Source: Promethearchaeum syntrophicum (GTDB lineage Archaea; Asgardarchaeota; Lokiarchaeia; Sigyniarchaeales; Promethearchaeaceae). From it: a stretch of DNA of 32,000 nt. Position numbers and translations under genes: made by a program. How positions within the stretch are numbered: position 1 is the stretch's first letter; each line of letters begins with the position of its first letter. Below, piece by piece: positions 1 to 9,248 of this stretch. The DNA lies in NCBI RefSeq assembly GCF_008000775.2, contig NZ_CP042905.2, positions 810,001-842,000 on the forward strand. Direction: 5' to 3'. Below the pieces are notes generated by a model, which did no database searches, was not told the DNA's origin, and saw nothing but the letters and a program-made list of their open reading frames with translations.

Positions 1-2
1 TT

Positions 3-215
3 GTATTTACTGGTTCTGAATGGGAAACTTACACCCCAAACCCTTCGATTGACACATTAACCGGAATTCGGTTTCTTTTAAGTTGGTTCCCGTTTATTGT
101 ATTAATTCTTAGTTTTATTGGGCTTTGGTTTTATCCAATTAAGGGAGAACGATTAAAAGAAAATCGAAAACGTTTAACCGAATTGCACACCAAAAAAAGA
201 GAAGAAAAAATCTAA
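3..215 (+). CDS. C-terminal fragment of an MFS/GPH-type (MelB-like) transporter, cut by the left window edge
   Basis: Open frame from the window edge: VFTGSEWETYTPNPSIDTLTGIRFLLSWFPFIVLILSFIGLWFYPIKGERLKENRKRLTELHTKKREEKI*. It has a last TM helix followed by the YPxxxER..EN...L tail typical of GPH symporters. It is not in the supplied ORF track. Confidence 0.6.
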   Translation, partial: VFTGSEWETYTPNPSIDTLTGIRFLLSWFPFIVLILSFIGLWFYPIKGERLKENRKRLTELHTKKREEKI

Positions 216-949
216 GGATTTTGTTTTACTGGAAGACCTTTTTTTGCATTTATAACCCATTCGGTAATAATCAAAGCTAATAACGGCAAACCAAATAAGA
301 CCCAGTGAGGATTTCCTAGATTAATTGTAGATTCCCCCCAAAGTAAAGGTTTTTCACTCGGTGAATGAGAAATGATCCCATTACTCACGTTTACATCATA
401 ATTATCGCTTCTAATCCATTGACTATTACCTAATATAAAACGATAATCTCCATCAGGTAAATAAGGATTTGATTCAGGAACGCTACCATTAAAATTTAAT
501 AATCCTCCCGTCAATTGAAAATGATGAATTCCAGGAGAAATTTTAGATGAAGTATAAAACATTATACCCACATCAATTTCAAAGATCCCATAACTCATTA
601 AGAAAAAAGTAATATTTCCGGATTGTATGATCGAATACGGAAAACAAAACGAACCAATATTTGTTGGATATTGAATGCGGAAAGGTCCTGGATTCCAAAT
701 TTCGAAATCAATTGTAAAATCAACGGAAGTTTCATTAGAATCTATAAAATCTTCCCAATTTGTTTTATTAGTAAATTCAATAGATTCAATCCAAGCAGAG
801 AGATGATTATCATCATCCAGATCTAAGAAATTAAAATGACCACTATAATTAGAAACCAGTGATACAATAATGAATAATATTAGTAAGGTTAAATCAATTA
901 TACGGAAATTTTTTCGTCTTAATATAAGTAGTTTCATAAGAAAATTCAC
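212..949 (-). CDS. Hypothetical membrane protein with an extracellular beta-rich domain between N- and C-terminal TM segments
   Basis: 245-aa ORF. N-terminal hydrophobic helix IIDLTLLILFIIVSLV, C-terminal hydrophobic helix HWVLFGLPLLALIITEWVI, and multiple N-x-S/T sites between them. Confidence 0.65.
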   Translation of the reverse strand: MNFLMKLLILRRKNFRIIDLTLLILFIIVSLVSNYSGHFNFLDLDDDNHLSAWIESIEFTNKTNWEDFIDSNETSVDFTIDFEIWNPGPFRIQYPTNIGSFCFPYSIIQSGNITFFLMSYGIFEIDVGIMFYTSSKISPGIHHFQLTGGLLNFNGSVPESNPYLPDGDYRFILGNSQWIRSDNYDVNVSNGIISHSPSEKPLLWGESTINLGNPHWVLFGLPLLALIITEWVINAKKGLPVKQNP

Positions 950-1082
950 CTTATATTGAAATATATTATATTTATGTTAATCTATTATAAAAATATTAGT
1001 GAAAATCTCATTTTTGTCAATAAAGTAGACAAATTATTGACTTGAAAAAATAATTAAAAACTATTGAATTATTCATAACTTA

Positions 1083-1730
1083 ATGATAAAAGAAGAATAT
1101 CTAACAAAAGAGAACCATCTTGAAAAAATTAAAGATTGGAAAAATAAAATAAGTAAAATTCGAGGATATAAGAAAATTCATTTTGAAATAGAAAAGTCTG
1201 CTTTACTCGTATTAGATATGCAGAACGTTTTTTTATCTCCGTCTTCTCATGCTTTTATCCCATCTAGTTTAGTTCTTCTACCAATCATTAACTCACTAAT
1301 TAATCATTTTGAGAATTGCCATCGTCCGATTTTCTTTACCCGTCATATAACATGTGAGGATGAGAAAGATATAATGTTAAAATGGTGGAAATCACCAATA
1401 TCCTTAGATAATCCCGCCTCTTCATTATCTACACAATTAAATTTCGGATCTCATGAAATTCTAATTAAAAGTAAATACAGTGCTTTTATAAACACAAGTT
1501 TAGAGGAAAACTTACGAAAAAATGGGATTAAACAAGTATTAATTACTGGTGCGATGTCACATTTGTGTTGCGAATCAACCGCGCGTGAAGCTTTTATGAA
1601 AAATTTCGAAGTTTTCTATGCTATTGACGGAACAGCAACTTACACTGAATTATTACATAAGGGAACTATGTTTTCACTAACTCATGGATTTGCTGAATGC
1701 ATTACTGCTAAAGACATCATAGGTGTTTAA
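1083..1730 (+). CDS. Isochorismatase-like cysteine hydrolase
   Basis: ALLVLDMQNVFL (Asp), ILIKSKYSAF (Lys) and ITGAMSHLCCESTAREAFMKNFEVFYAIDGTAT (Cys) match the D/K/C triad of the family. Confidence 0.85.
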   Translation: MIKEEYLTKENHLEKIKDWKNKISKIRGYKKIHFEIEKSALLVLDMQNVFLSPSSHAFIPSSLVLLPIINSLINHFENCHRPIFFTRHITCEDEKDIMLKWWKSPISLDNPASSLSTQLNFGSHEILIKSKYSAFINTSLEENLRKNGIKQVLITGAMSHLCCESTAREAFMKNFEVFYAIDGTATYTELLHKGTMFSLTHGFAECITAKDIIGV

Positions 1731-2640
1731 ATTGTCAAATTTAAACAAAAATTTTTCTCCTGTTATTATTGTCGGCTGTGGTCCAGCCGGAATTGCAAGT
1801 GCAATTCAATTGAAAAGATCAAATATAGATTTTAAAATAATTTGTAGAAGATTTGGAGGAAATGCTAATAATGCAAATAAAATTGAGAATCTGTTGGGAT
1901 TTCCAGAGGGAATCTCTGGAAAAAACTTCGTAGTTTTATTGAAAAAACATTTTGAGACTTTATTAATCCATTTTACACAAGATATCATACAAAGTATCAG
2001 TAAAGAGAATGAGGATGATCAATTTCATATTAAATGCGAAAATGGAGAATTTTACTCAAAATTTCTAATAATTGCTTCAGGAACCAATCCAAAAAAGCTC
2101 CGATTAAATGGAGAAACTAAATTATGGAGAAGAAACCTTCTCGATTATGAGATTTCAAATTTTACTTACAAAAAAAACATAAAAAAAATTGCCATTATAG
2201 GTTCTGGGGATGCAGCATATGATTATGCATTAAATCTTGTTAAATATCCTGTTAAAATCGATATAATACAGCGTACCGCAGAATCAAAAAGTCTATCTTT
2301 GCTTCAAAAGCGTGTGCGCGTTAATTCTAATATCACAGTTATAAAAGAAATGAAACTTCTGTCATTGAAAGAAGATAATAATAAAATTAGAATAAAAGTA
2401 ATTAGAAGATCTAAAGAAGAAATCAGGAATTATGATTTTATGTTCGTTGCAGTCGGTAGATCTCCGAACATAAAATTCCTTTCTGCAGAATTGCAAAAAC
2501 TCTATAAAAAATCCATAAACTTATCCCATCTTTTTTTTATTGGGGATATTAAAAATAAAAGTCATAGACAAATCTCAATAGCAATGGGAGATGGCGTTAA
2601 ATGCGCGATGGAAATTGTATCAAATATTAATGATAAATAA
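1723..2640 (+). CDS. Thioredoxin-reductase-like FAD/NAD(P) oxidoreductase without the redox CxxC
   Basis: FAD motif VIIVGCGPAGIASAIQL, NAD(P) motif KIAIIGSGDAAYDYALNL, C-terminal HLFFIGDIKN..HRQISIAMGDGVKCA. No CxxC precedes the NAD(P) motif. Overlaps the upstream gene by 8 nt. Confidence 0.85.
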   Translation: MFKLSNLNKNFSPVIIVGCGPAGIASAIQLKRSNIDFKIICRRFGGNANNANKIENLLGFPEGISGKNFVVLLKKHFETLLIHFTQDIIQSISKENEDDQFHIKCENGEFYSKFLIIASGTNPKKLRLNGETKLWRRNLLDYEISNFTYKKNIKKIAIIGSGDAAYDYALNLVKYPVKIDIIQRTAESKSLSLLQKRVRVNSNITVIKEMKLLSLKEDNNKIRIKVIRRSKEEIRNYDFMFVAVGRSPNIKFLSAELQKLYKKSINLSHLFFIGDIKNKSHRQISIAMGDGVKCAMEIVSNINDK

Positions 2641-2706
2641 GCTTTTTATTACTTTTTTGACTTAATAGGTTTGAATTTATAATTTTGTAAGGAATTTTGT
2701 ATTAAA

Positions 2707-3651
2707 ATGGAAATATTAGGTAAATACGGGAAAGAAGATTTAGCTATCCTTTACATTGCACGATATGATGAGAAAGTTATTGAATTTGTTGAGAGTGTTC
2801 AACCTCCAGTTTCCCGAGAACAAAAATGGGTTTTGATTTTATCCACTTTGTACGGGTGCCCTTTAGGATGTCTCATGTGCGATGCTGGCGAATATTTTTT
2901 TGGTGAAATTACAAAAGAAGGTATGATAGCTCAGATCGATCATATGATCTCTCCACGTTTTCCTGATAGAAAAATTCCGATTCCCAAACTTAAAATTCAA
3001 TTTGCACGCATGGGAGAGCCAACATTAAATGAAAATGTACTTGAATTACTACGAGAACTCCCTAAAATTTATGATGCTCCTGGGTTAATGCCCTGTGTGA
3101 GTACAGTTGCCCCTAGTAGTTCAAAGAAATTCTTAAATGATCTAATATCCATTAAGAATAATTTATATCCGCCAGGTCAATTTCAATTACAATTTTCAAT
3201 CCATTCAACTGACCCAGAACTTAGACATAAATGGATCCCTGGTAAAATTTGGTCCTTTCAAGAAATTGCAGATTTTGGAGAAAAATGGTATAAATCAGGA
3301 GATCGAAAAATAACATTAAATTTCGCAGTTGCCAAAGATTCAAAAATAGAACCTAAAATTATTGCAAAATTCTTTGATCCCTTAAAATATTTTATAAAAT
3401 TGACTCCACTTAATCCTACCTCAAATGTTTTAAAACATAAACTTGACTCTGGTATTACTAAAGAGAATGTAAAAGATTTTATTTTAAAGAGTAAATTTGA
3501 AGATTTAGGATATAAAACAATGATTAGCATTGGTAATTGGGAAGAAAATGAGATAGGCTCCAATTGTGGTCAATTTGCGACTCAATATATTAAAGGAGAT
3601 GTGGAAATTAAAAAAGATTATACATGCAATGATTATAATTTATTAAATTAA
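2707..3651 (+). CDS. RlmN/Cfr-family radical SAM protein
   Basis: STLYGCPLGCLMCDAG (Cx3Cx2C), KIQFARMGEPTLNENVLELL, LQFSIHSTDPELRHKWIP, IKLTPLNPT, and C-terminal EIGSNCGQFA aligned with the RlmN AACGQL methyl-carrier Cys. Confidence 0.82.
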   Translation: MEILGKYGKEDLAILYIARYDEKVIEFVESVQPPVSREQKWVLILSTLYGCPLGCLMCDAGEYFFGEITKEGMIAQIDHMISPRFPDRKIPIPKLKIQFARMGEPTLNENVLELLRELPKIYDAPGLMPCVSTVAPSSSKKFLNDLISIKNNLYPPGQFQLQFSIHSTDPELRHKWIPGKIWSFQEIADFGEKWYKSGDRKITLNFAVAKDSKIEPKIIAKFFDPLKYFIKLTPLNPTSNVLKHKLDSGITKENVKDFILKSKFEDLGYKTMISIGNWEENEIGSNCGQFATQYIKGDVEIKKDYTCNDYNLLN

Positions 3652-3807
3652 CAGATCTCAGCATTTCTGATTTTTGTGGTGAAACTAAACCAATTCCAAA
3701 GAGAATAATCCGAAAAAATCGTGTCTTTCAATATTTTTACCTAAAAATTTCATTACTTTTTTCCATATTAATATTCTTCTAATGCATTACTTTATGTAAA
3801 ACTCATC

Positions 3808-5601
3808 TTACTCCTTTTTTTCATATAGCGGGTCATTTTCTTGTAAAAACCGGCGTTGGACTTTTCCAATTATGTTTTTTGGAATTTGGTTGATTATATC
3901 CAAATATTTAGGACATTTCCATTTTGCCATATGTTCTTTACACCACGAAAGTAATTCTTCTTTGGTTATTGTTCCTACTTCTTTAGGTTTCAAAGATACC
4001 CATGCTTTCACAGCTTCTCCAGTTTTCTTGTCTGGCAATCCAGCTACAGCTACTTCTAATACTTTAGGATGATTTCCAATCATAGTTTCAACTTCTGCTG
4101 GGAAAACTGAGTGACCTGCCATTTTAATAAGTTGTTTTTTTCTATCCTTAATTTTTATACGACCATATTCGTCCATATATCCAATATCTCCAGTTAAAAG
4201 CCATTTTCGATTATCCCATTCTTTAATAGTTGCAGCAGTTCGTTCAGGGTTATTCAAATAACCCTTCATTATTTGTGGACCGCACGTGCAAATTTCTCCT
4301 TTTCCTTCTTCTCCAATAATTTTGATTGGACCATCATCGAAATTATCAGTAGGGAAAATATTCCAATCAGTTCCTGGAAATGGGACTCCGATAAATCCTG
4401 GTTCACGATAACCATAAAGATTGTTTCCACTAACTCCGGGACTTGTTTCTGTTAATCCATATAATTCTGTCAGCTTTGCTTTTGTTTTTTTCTCAAATGG
4501 TTCACGAACATAATCATGCAATGGGCCTGCAGCTGAAATGCATACAATAAATGGAAATTTTCCATTTTTGCTATATTTTGCAATAGTAGATTCTGGTAAA
4601 ACGGCTATTCTTTGAAACAAGATTTCTGCTCCCGCATATATCATACCATTCGGATTTGGTAATGATGTGATTTGTTCTAACATTTCTTCAACGGGTGGAG
4701 GTTTGGCAAATAATATCATCCATCCTCCAACTCGAATAGCTAAGTTCATTACAGCTGTTAAAGCAAAACTGTGAAATAATGGTAATACTCCGATCACCGC
4801 TGTACGAGGTCCTAAAATCATATCCGGATTTTCTGGATCTCTTTGTCGAGTTCCGAATAATTCTGCTTGGATTGAATTTGCAACTAAGTTTTGATGAGTT
4901 AATATGGCAGCTTTTGGAATTCCGGTAGTTCCACCCGTCATAATATATGTTGCTGCATCCTCTTCTGGATTTATAGATACATTTGGTGGATTTGGGTCAA
5001 TATTTAAACATTCTAAAAATGAAATTGCATTAGGATGGTCAACTTTTCCCGTTGGAATTTTTTTAAGTTTTTTCCCCAACCAAATTATGATTTTTGACAT
5101 CCCACTTGCCAAATCTGCTATATTTGTATATATTATTTTATTGAAATTCCACTTACTGATAATTTCAGTGATATTTTCCTCATAAAGTGAATCTAATGCA
5201 ACGATATATTTCGCATTAATCATTTCTATTTGGTGAAGAATTTCTCCGGGTTTGTAAGTTGGATTGATTCCAGATGGAATTGCTCCAATTTTAATAGCAC
5301 CATAAAATGATACCACATATTGAATTGAATTCGGTAAATATATGGCAATAACATCGCCTTTTCTAATCCCCATCATATAAAGGGATGAAGCAAATTTATC
5401 AACCATATTATTAAATTCTAAATAAGTAACCCATGTATCTAAAAACCAGATAACTGGATCATTAGGAAAATTCTTTACAGAATCTTCTAAAAGGTCATTT
5501 AAGGTCCAAGAATAATCATAATCTAGTTGATGCGGAACTCCCTCCGGCCAGAATTTTCCGTAAAAAGGTCGATTTTCTTCAACCGGAAATTTAATTGTCA
5601 T
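3808..5601 (-). CDS. AMP-binding long-chain acyl-CoA synthetase/ligase
   Basis: ATP/AMP motif YIMTGGTTGIPKAAILTHQN, YGLTETSPG, WLLTGDIGYMDEYGRIKIKDRKKQLIKMAGHSVFPAEVE. Confidence 0.93.
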   Translation of the reverse strand: MTIKFPVEENRPFYGKFWPEGVPHQLDYDYSWTLNDLLEDSVKNFPNDPVIWFLDTWVTYLEFNNMVDKFASSLYMMGIRKGDVIAIYLPNSIQYVVSFYGAIKIGAIPSGINPTYKPGEILHQIEMINAKYIVALDSLYEENITEIISKWNFNKIIYTNIADLASGMSKIIIWLGKKLKKIPTGKVDHPNAISFLECLNIDPNPPNVSINPEEDAATYIMTGGTTGIPKAAILTHQNLVANSIQAELFGTRQRDPENPDMILGPRTAVIGVLPLFHSFALTAVMNLAIRVGGWMILFAKPPPVEEMLEQITSLPNPNGMIYAGAEILFQRIAVLPESTIAKYSKNGKFPFIVCISAAGPLHDYVREPFEKKTKAKLTELYGLTETSPGVSGNNLYGYREPGFIGVPFPGTDWNIFPTDNFDDGPIKIIGEEGKGEICTCGPQIMKGYLNNPERTAATIKEWDNRKWLLTGDIGYMDEYGRIKIKDRKKQLIKMAGHSVFPAEVETMIGNHPKVLEVAVAGLPDKKTGEAVKAWVSLKPKEVGTITKEELLSWCKEHMAKWKCPKYLDIINQIPKNIIGKVQRRFLQENDPLYEKKE

Positions 5602-5682
5602 GTAAAAAGGTCAATTTTTTAATTTTAAAATGTTTTCACTTAAAAAATATAAATATAATATGGACAATATTAAAATATCATA

Positions 5683-6966
5683 ATGGCGTTAAATTCAAAA
5701 TTTAAACCATCATTTGAAGAATTTGAGATATATCTTTATAAAACACTTTCAAATGAAGATTTTGATAATTTAACGAATACTCAGAATCTTAAAAATAGCA
5801 TTAATATTACGGCTTTTCTTGAATTTTTAAATTTTGAAACCAGAAGTCAATTTATTGATTCCAATCAGAATAAAAACCTAAAATATTTAAAAAAATATTC
5901 AAACTTACCTATAGTTTTAGTGGAAGCACCTTATGGATGGTTTGAAATAATATCAGAAAACAAATCTATTATTTCCATTCATGGAAACCATCAAGTATAT
6001 TTGTGTTTAGAGTCAGAAAGTGGTAGTGTTGAAATTAAAAAAAAACAAAATTCGACTCAAGAATTCTTAGGTAAAGATGTTACCATTGGATTAATCGATT
6101 CAGGAATAGATCAATCGCATCCAGATCTTTCAAATAAAATCAAAAAAATATATAATGTTTCGGGTGAAGCTAATGGAGATTTTAATGGTCATGGAACATT
6201 TTTAGCGGGAATTATTGCAGGTTCAAGAAATGAAAATAAAGATCAAAATTATGGTATATCCCCAGAAGTGAGCTTAATTGATATAAAAGTTTTTAATAGA
6301 GAAGGAAAAGCAACAGTTGCTGAAATATTGGAAGCAATAGATTTAATTTTAAGTGAAATCGATGAAAAAACTCCCGATATTATTGTATTTGGATGTGCTG
6401 ATTGGTCATTTGGAGATAAAAGTTTAATTGCGCGTTATTGTGAAATTCTTAATCAAAATAATATTGCAATCGTTACTCCAACGGGAAATTTTGGACCTGA
6501 TCTTGGAAATATTAGTTCAATTGGTGGAAATCCTAATGTTTTAACTATAGGAACAATAAATAAGGAAAGTAAGGTACCATTTTTTTCTGGTAGATCAAAA
6601 TTTATAGATTTGAATCTTCCTGGAAAAGATATAAGAAGTGCTATGTCTTCTAAGCATGTGATTGGAACTCAGTTGGAACCAAAATTGAAGTATGTAAATT
6701 TGTCAGGTACATCTATATCTGCTGCAATCGCTGGAGGGTTGTTAGCTCTCATAAAAGAATCAAATCCAAGTTTATCTCCATTCCAACTTTATAAGTTACT
6801 TAAAACAACCTCTCAAGACAAAAGGACACCTCATATAGATATAATTACCAATAAAAAAAAGGAAAAGAAATTTTCAACATTTTCATTTTCATCAATTTTT
6901 AAAATTGCTTCATTAGTAAGCGGGGGTATATTCATTTTATTTTTAGTATTGTTTTATATATTCTAA
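5683..6966 (+). CDS. Subtilisin-like serine protease (S8) with C-terminal TM helix
   Basis: Catalytic D (TIGLIDSGIDQSHPDL), H (DFNGHGTFLAGIIAG), oxyanion N (TPTGNFGPD), S (NLSGTSISAAIAGG). C-terminal SLVSGGIFILFLVLFYIF. No N-terminal signal peptide seen. Confidence 0.9.
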   Translation: MALNSKFKPSFEEFEIYLYKTLSNEDFDNLTNTQNLKNSINITAFLEFLNFETRSQFIDSNQNKNLKYLKKYSNLPIVLVEAPYGWFEIISENKSIISIHGNHQVYLCLESESGSVEIKKKQNSTQEFLGKDVTIGLIDSGIDQSHPDLSNKIKKIYNVSGEANGDFNGHGTFLAGIIAGSRNENKDQNYGISPEVSLIDIKVFNREGKATVAEILEAIDLILSEIDEKTPDIIVFGCADWSFGDKSLIARYCEILNQNNIAIVTPTGNFGPDLGNISSIGGNPNVLTIGTINKESKVPFFSGRSKFIDLNLPGKDIRSAMSSKHVIGTQLEPKLKYVNLSGTSISAAIAGGLLALIKESNPSLSPFQLYKLLKTTSQDKRTPHIDIITNKKKEKKFSTFSFSSIFKIASLVSGGIFILFLVLFYIF

Positions 6967-6993
6967 GAAATTGATTTCTTTAGGTACAAATTA

Positions 6994-7575
6994 ATGTTTC
7001 CATTATTTCATATTTTCTTGCCACTTCTAGTCTTTGAACTTATATTATCAAATAAGAATTTTAAAATGGAAAAAACTTCAAGATTTTGGATAATATTGGG
7101 CTCCCTTTTACCAGATTTAATTGATAAACCTATAAGCTTAATCACTAAAATGATGAGTGGTCGTGGAATCGCTCATACTCCAATTTTTTTATTTTCTCTT
7201 TCCATATTAATATATTTTCTAACCCAAAACAAGTGGATTTCTCTATCTATAGGATTTGGAATGGTTTTCCACTTAATATTAGACATTCCAGATCTTCCAT
7301 GGTTTTGGCCTTTCAATCCTTTAGAGCCCTATAGTCCTCCTTTTGATTCTTGGATCGATACATTATTACATAATCCATTAATAATTTCAACAGAAATCAT
7401 AAGTCTGGTCGGATTATCATGGATTCTTATATCCAATAAAATACTTTTTAATGGGAAATTAATTAATTTGGCAAATGCCAATACTTTTCTTTTTGAAACT
7501 CCCAAATCATTAAAAATCTTAAGAGCTAAAATAAATTTAGAAGAGGAATTACTTAATGATAAACTCAGATCTTAA
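6994..7575 (+). CDS. YdjM/DUF457-like membrane-bound putative metal-dependent hydrolase
   Basis: Multi-TM protein with H/D signatures: GSLLPDLIDKP, SGRGIAHTPIF, GFGMVFHLILDIPD. Confidence 0.65.
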   Translation: MFPLFHIFLPLLVFELILSNKNFKMEKTSRFWIILGSLLPDLIDKPISLITKMMSGRGIAHTPIFLFSLSILIYFLTQNKWISLSIGFGMVFHLILDIPDLPWFWPFNPLEPYSPPFDSWIDTLLHNPLIISTEIISLVGLSWILISNKILFNGKLINLANANTFLFETPKSLKILRAKINLEEELLNDKLRS

Positions 7576-9172
7576 TTCAAAATCAAAAACAACTCTCGAA
7601 TCAGTAAAAAGTCGCGAATTTCTATTAGATCAAAATGTTATACTAATGAATCTTGAGGAATTACTAAATATCGATTATATTAAAGAAGATAAAATTATAG
7701 ACATTCCAATTGTGACTGTAAATTGGACAAGAATCCGAGATATTGGAAATTTTATGTGTAAAAGACTCTTTCGTTTGGAATCTATTTGTGTGTCTGAACT
7801 TGGATCGGTGTTTGAATTAAATTATATTTTTAGTTTAAATCCTTATAAGAATTCAATTATAATCATCCAGATGGAGATTGAAAAATATATTGAACCTTCA
7901 TCTCTAAAAGATATCTTCAGGAATGCTGATTTTTTGGAGAAAGATATTCAAAATAGAATTGGAATTGTGTTTAATAATCTTAAATCCGAAACAATTGAGA
8001 AAATAAGAAGTTCTAGATTTTTTTGCAGTCCATTGAAATTAAATATTCCAGAAATCTCTCAAAAAGAAAGAAAATTTGGAATATTTAACGATATTCATAA
8101 TGATCATCAATATTTTAACTTTAATTTGAAAAATAACATCATCAAAGATGTAGATTTAAGTTATGGATGGTTATACAATAGAATTCAACCAAAATTAGAA
8201 ATTTCAAATCCATTGACGGGATTTGAAGAAATTATTTCTGATATTGCTAAAAATCAATACATACATCTTAATTTGGCATATTTATCAAATCTAGAATCTA
8301 TTTTAAAAATCAATATATCTAATAAGATAAAATATATAAGAACTCTTTTAGCAGAATTAGAGCGTATTTCTTCCCATGTTTTATGGTTTTCTAATTTAGC
8401 TGAAATAATGGGAAAAAAATCATGGGTAAATAAGCTTTTTAAATTATATCATGAATTATCTGCCAAATTTGATCAATATTTTCAACATCCACGGCTTTTT
8501 AATACTATTTCAGTAGGAAAATCTATAGATCTTTCAATTGACTATGCAAGAGATTTCTATTTGTATATTCGAGACAGATCTGATGATATTTTTAATGAAA
8601 TCTATAAATTTGTCTATAATAATTCAACTGAAACTCGATTGAGTGATATTGGAGTAATATCCCGAGAAAATGCAATAAAAAATGGGTTATCTGGTCCAGC
8701 AATACGTGGTAGTGGTGTTTCTTTGGATATACGTTCATCTGAACCATATTTAATTTACACCTCAGGAGAACTATCACAAGTATGGAGCATAATATCTTTT
8801 AAGAAAGGGGATGTTTTTGCTAGAACTCAAGTTAGATTATGGGAAATCCATGAATCATTTGAGATTTGTAAACATATTTTAAAGGGATTATCTACATACG
8901 GGATCAAGATGTCAGAGGAAAAGATTTCAGATAAATTACTTCTAAAACCAAACAAGTATTTATATTCAGCAGTTGAATCTCCCAATGGAAAATTATCTAT
9001 GATGTTAAGAACAGGTTTAAAGGAAAAATCAGATAGATTTCAAACTGTACGAATTATGAACAATTATAACTTCTTTGGTTTACAAAATGATGTTTTTAAT
9101 GAAAATGAAACTTATAATTTTCCTTTAATTCTTCATTCCTTCGATCTAAATTTTCATTTGATTGATTTGTAG
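7556..9172 (+). CDS. NuoCD / HycE-like (30 kDa + 49 kDa) fused subunit homolog lacking Ni-ligand cysteines
   Basis: NuoC-like IFRNADFLEKDIQNRIGIVFNNL. NuoD-like LLAELERISSHVLWFSNLAE, ISRENAIKNGLSGPAIRGSGVSLDIRSSEPYLIY, GDVFARTQVRLWEIHESFEI. ATG start overlaps the upstream stop by 20 nt. Confidence 0.8.
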   Translation: MINSDLNSKSKTTLESVKSREFLLDQNVILMNLEELLNIDYIKEDKIIDIPIVTVNWTRIRDIGNFMCKRLFRLESICVSELGSVFELNYIFSLNPYKNSIIIIQMEIEKYIEPSSLKDIFRNADFLEKDIQNRIGIVFNNLKSETIEKIRSSRFFCSPLKLNIPEISQKERKFGIFNDIHNDHQYFNFNLKNNIIKDVDLSYGWLYNRIQPKLEISNPLTGFEEIISDIAKNQYIHLNLAYLSNLESILKINISNKIKYIRTLLAELERISSHVLWFSNLAEIMGKKSWVNKLFKLYHELSAKFDQYFQHPRLFNTISVGKSIDLSIDYARDFYLYIRDRSDDIFNEIYKFVYNNSTETRLSDIGVISRENAIKNGLSGPAIRGSGVSLDIRSSEPYLIYTSGELSQVWSIISFKKGDVFARTQVRLWEIHESFEICKHILKGLSTYGIKMSEEKISDKLLLKPNKYLYSAVESPNGKLSMMLRTGLKEKSDRFQTVRIMNNYNFFGLQNDVFNENETYNFPLILHSFDLNFHLIDL

Positions 9173-9248
9173 AATGAAATTTGGTTTAAATTTAAAGGGT
9201 GAAATTACTATACATATTTAGTTAAGATATTTTAAGAAGGGAAAAATT

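Noticed and set aside
4904-5185. 93-aa and other plus-strand ORFs (also 3872-4072, 4273-4455)
   Set aside because: Shadow ORFs opposite the acyl-CoA synthetase.
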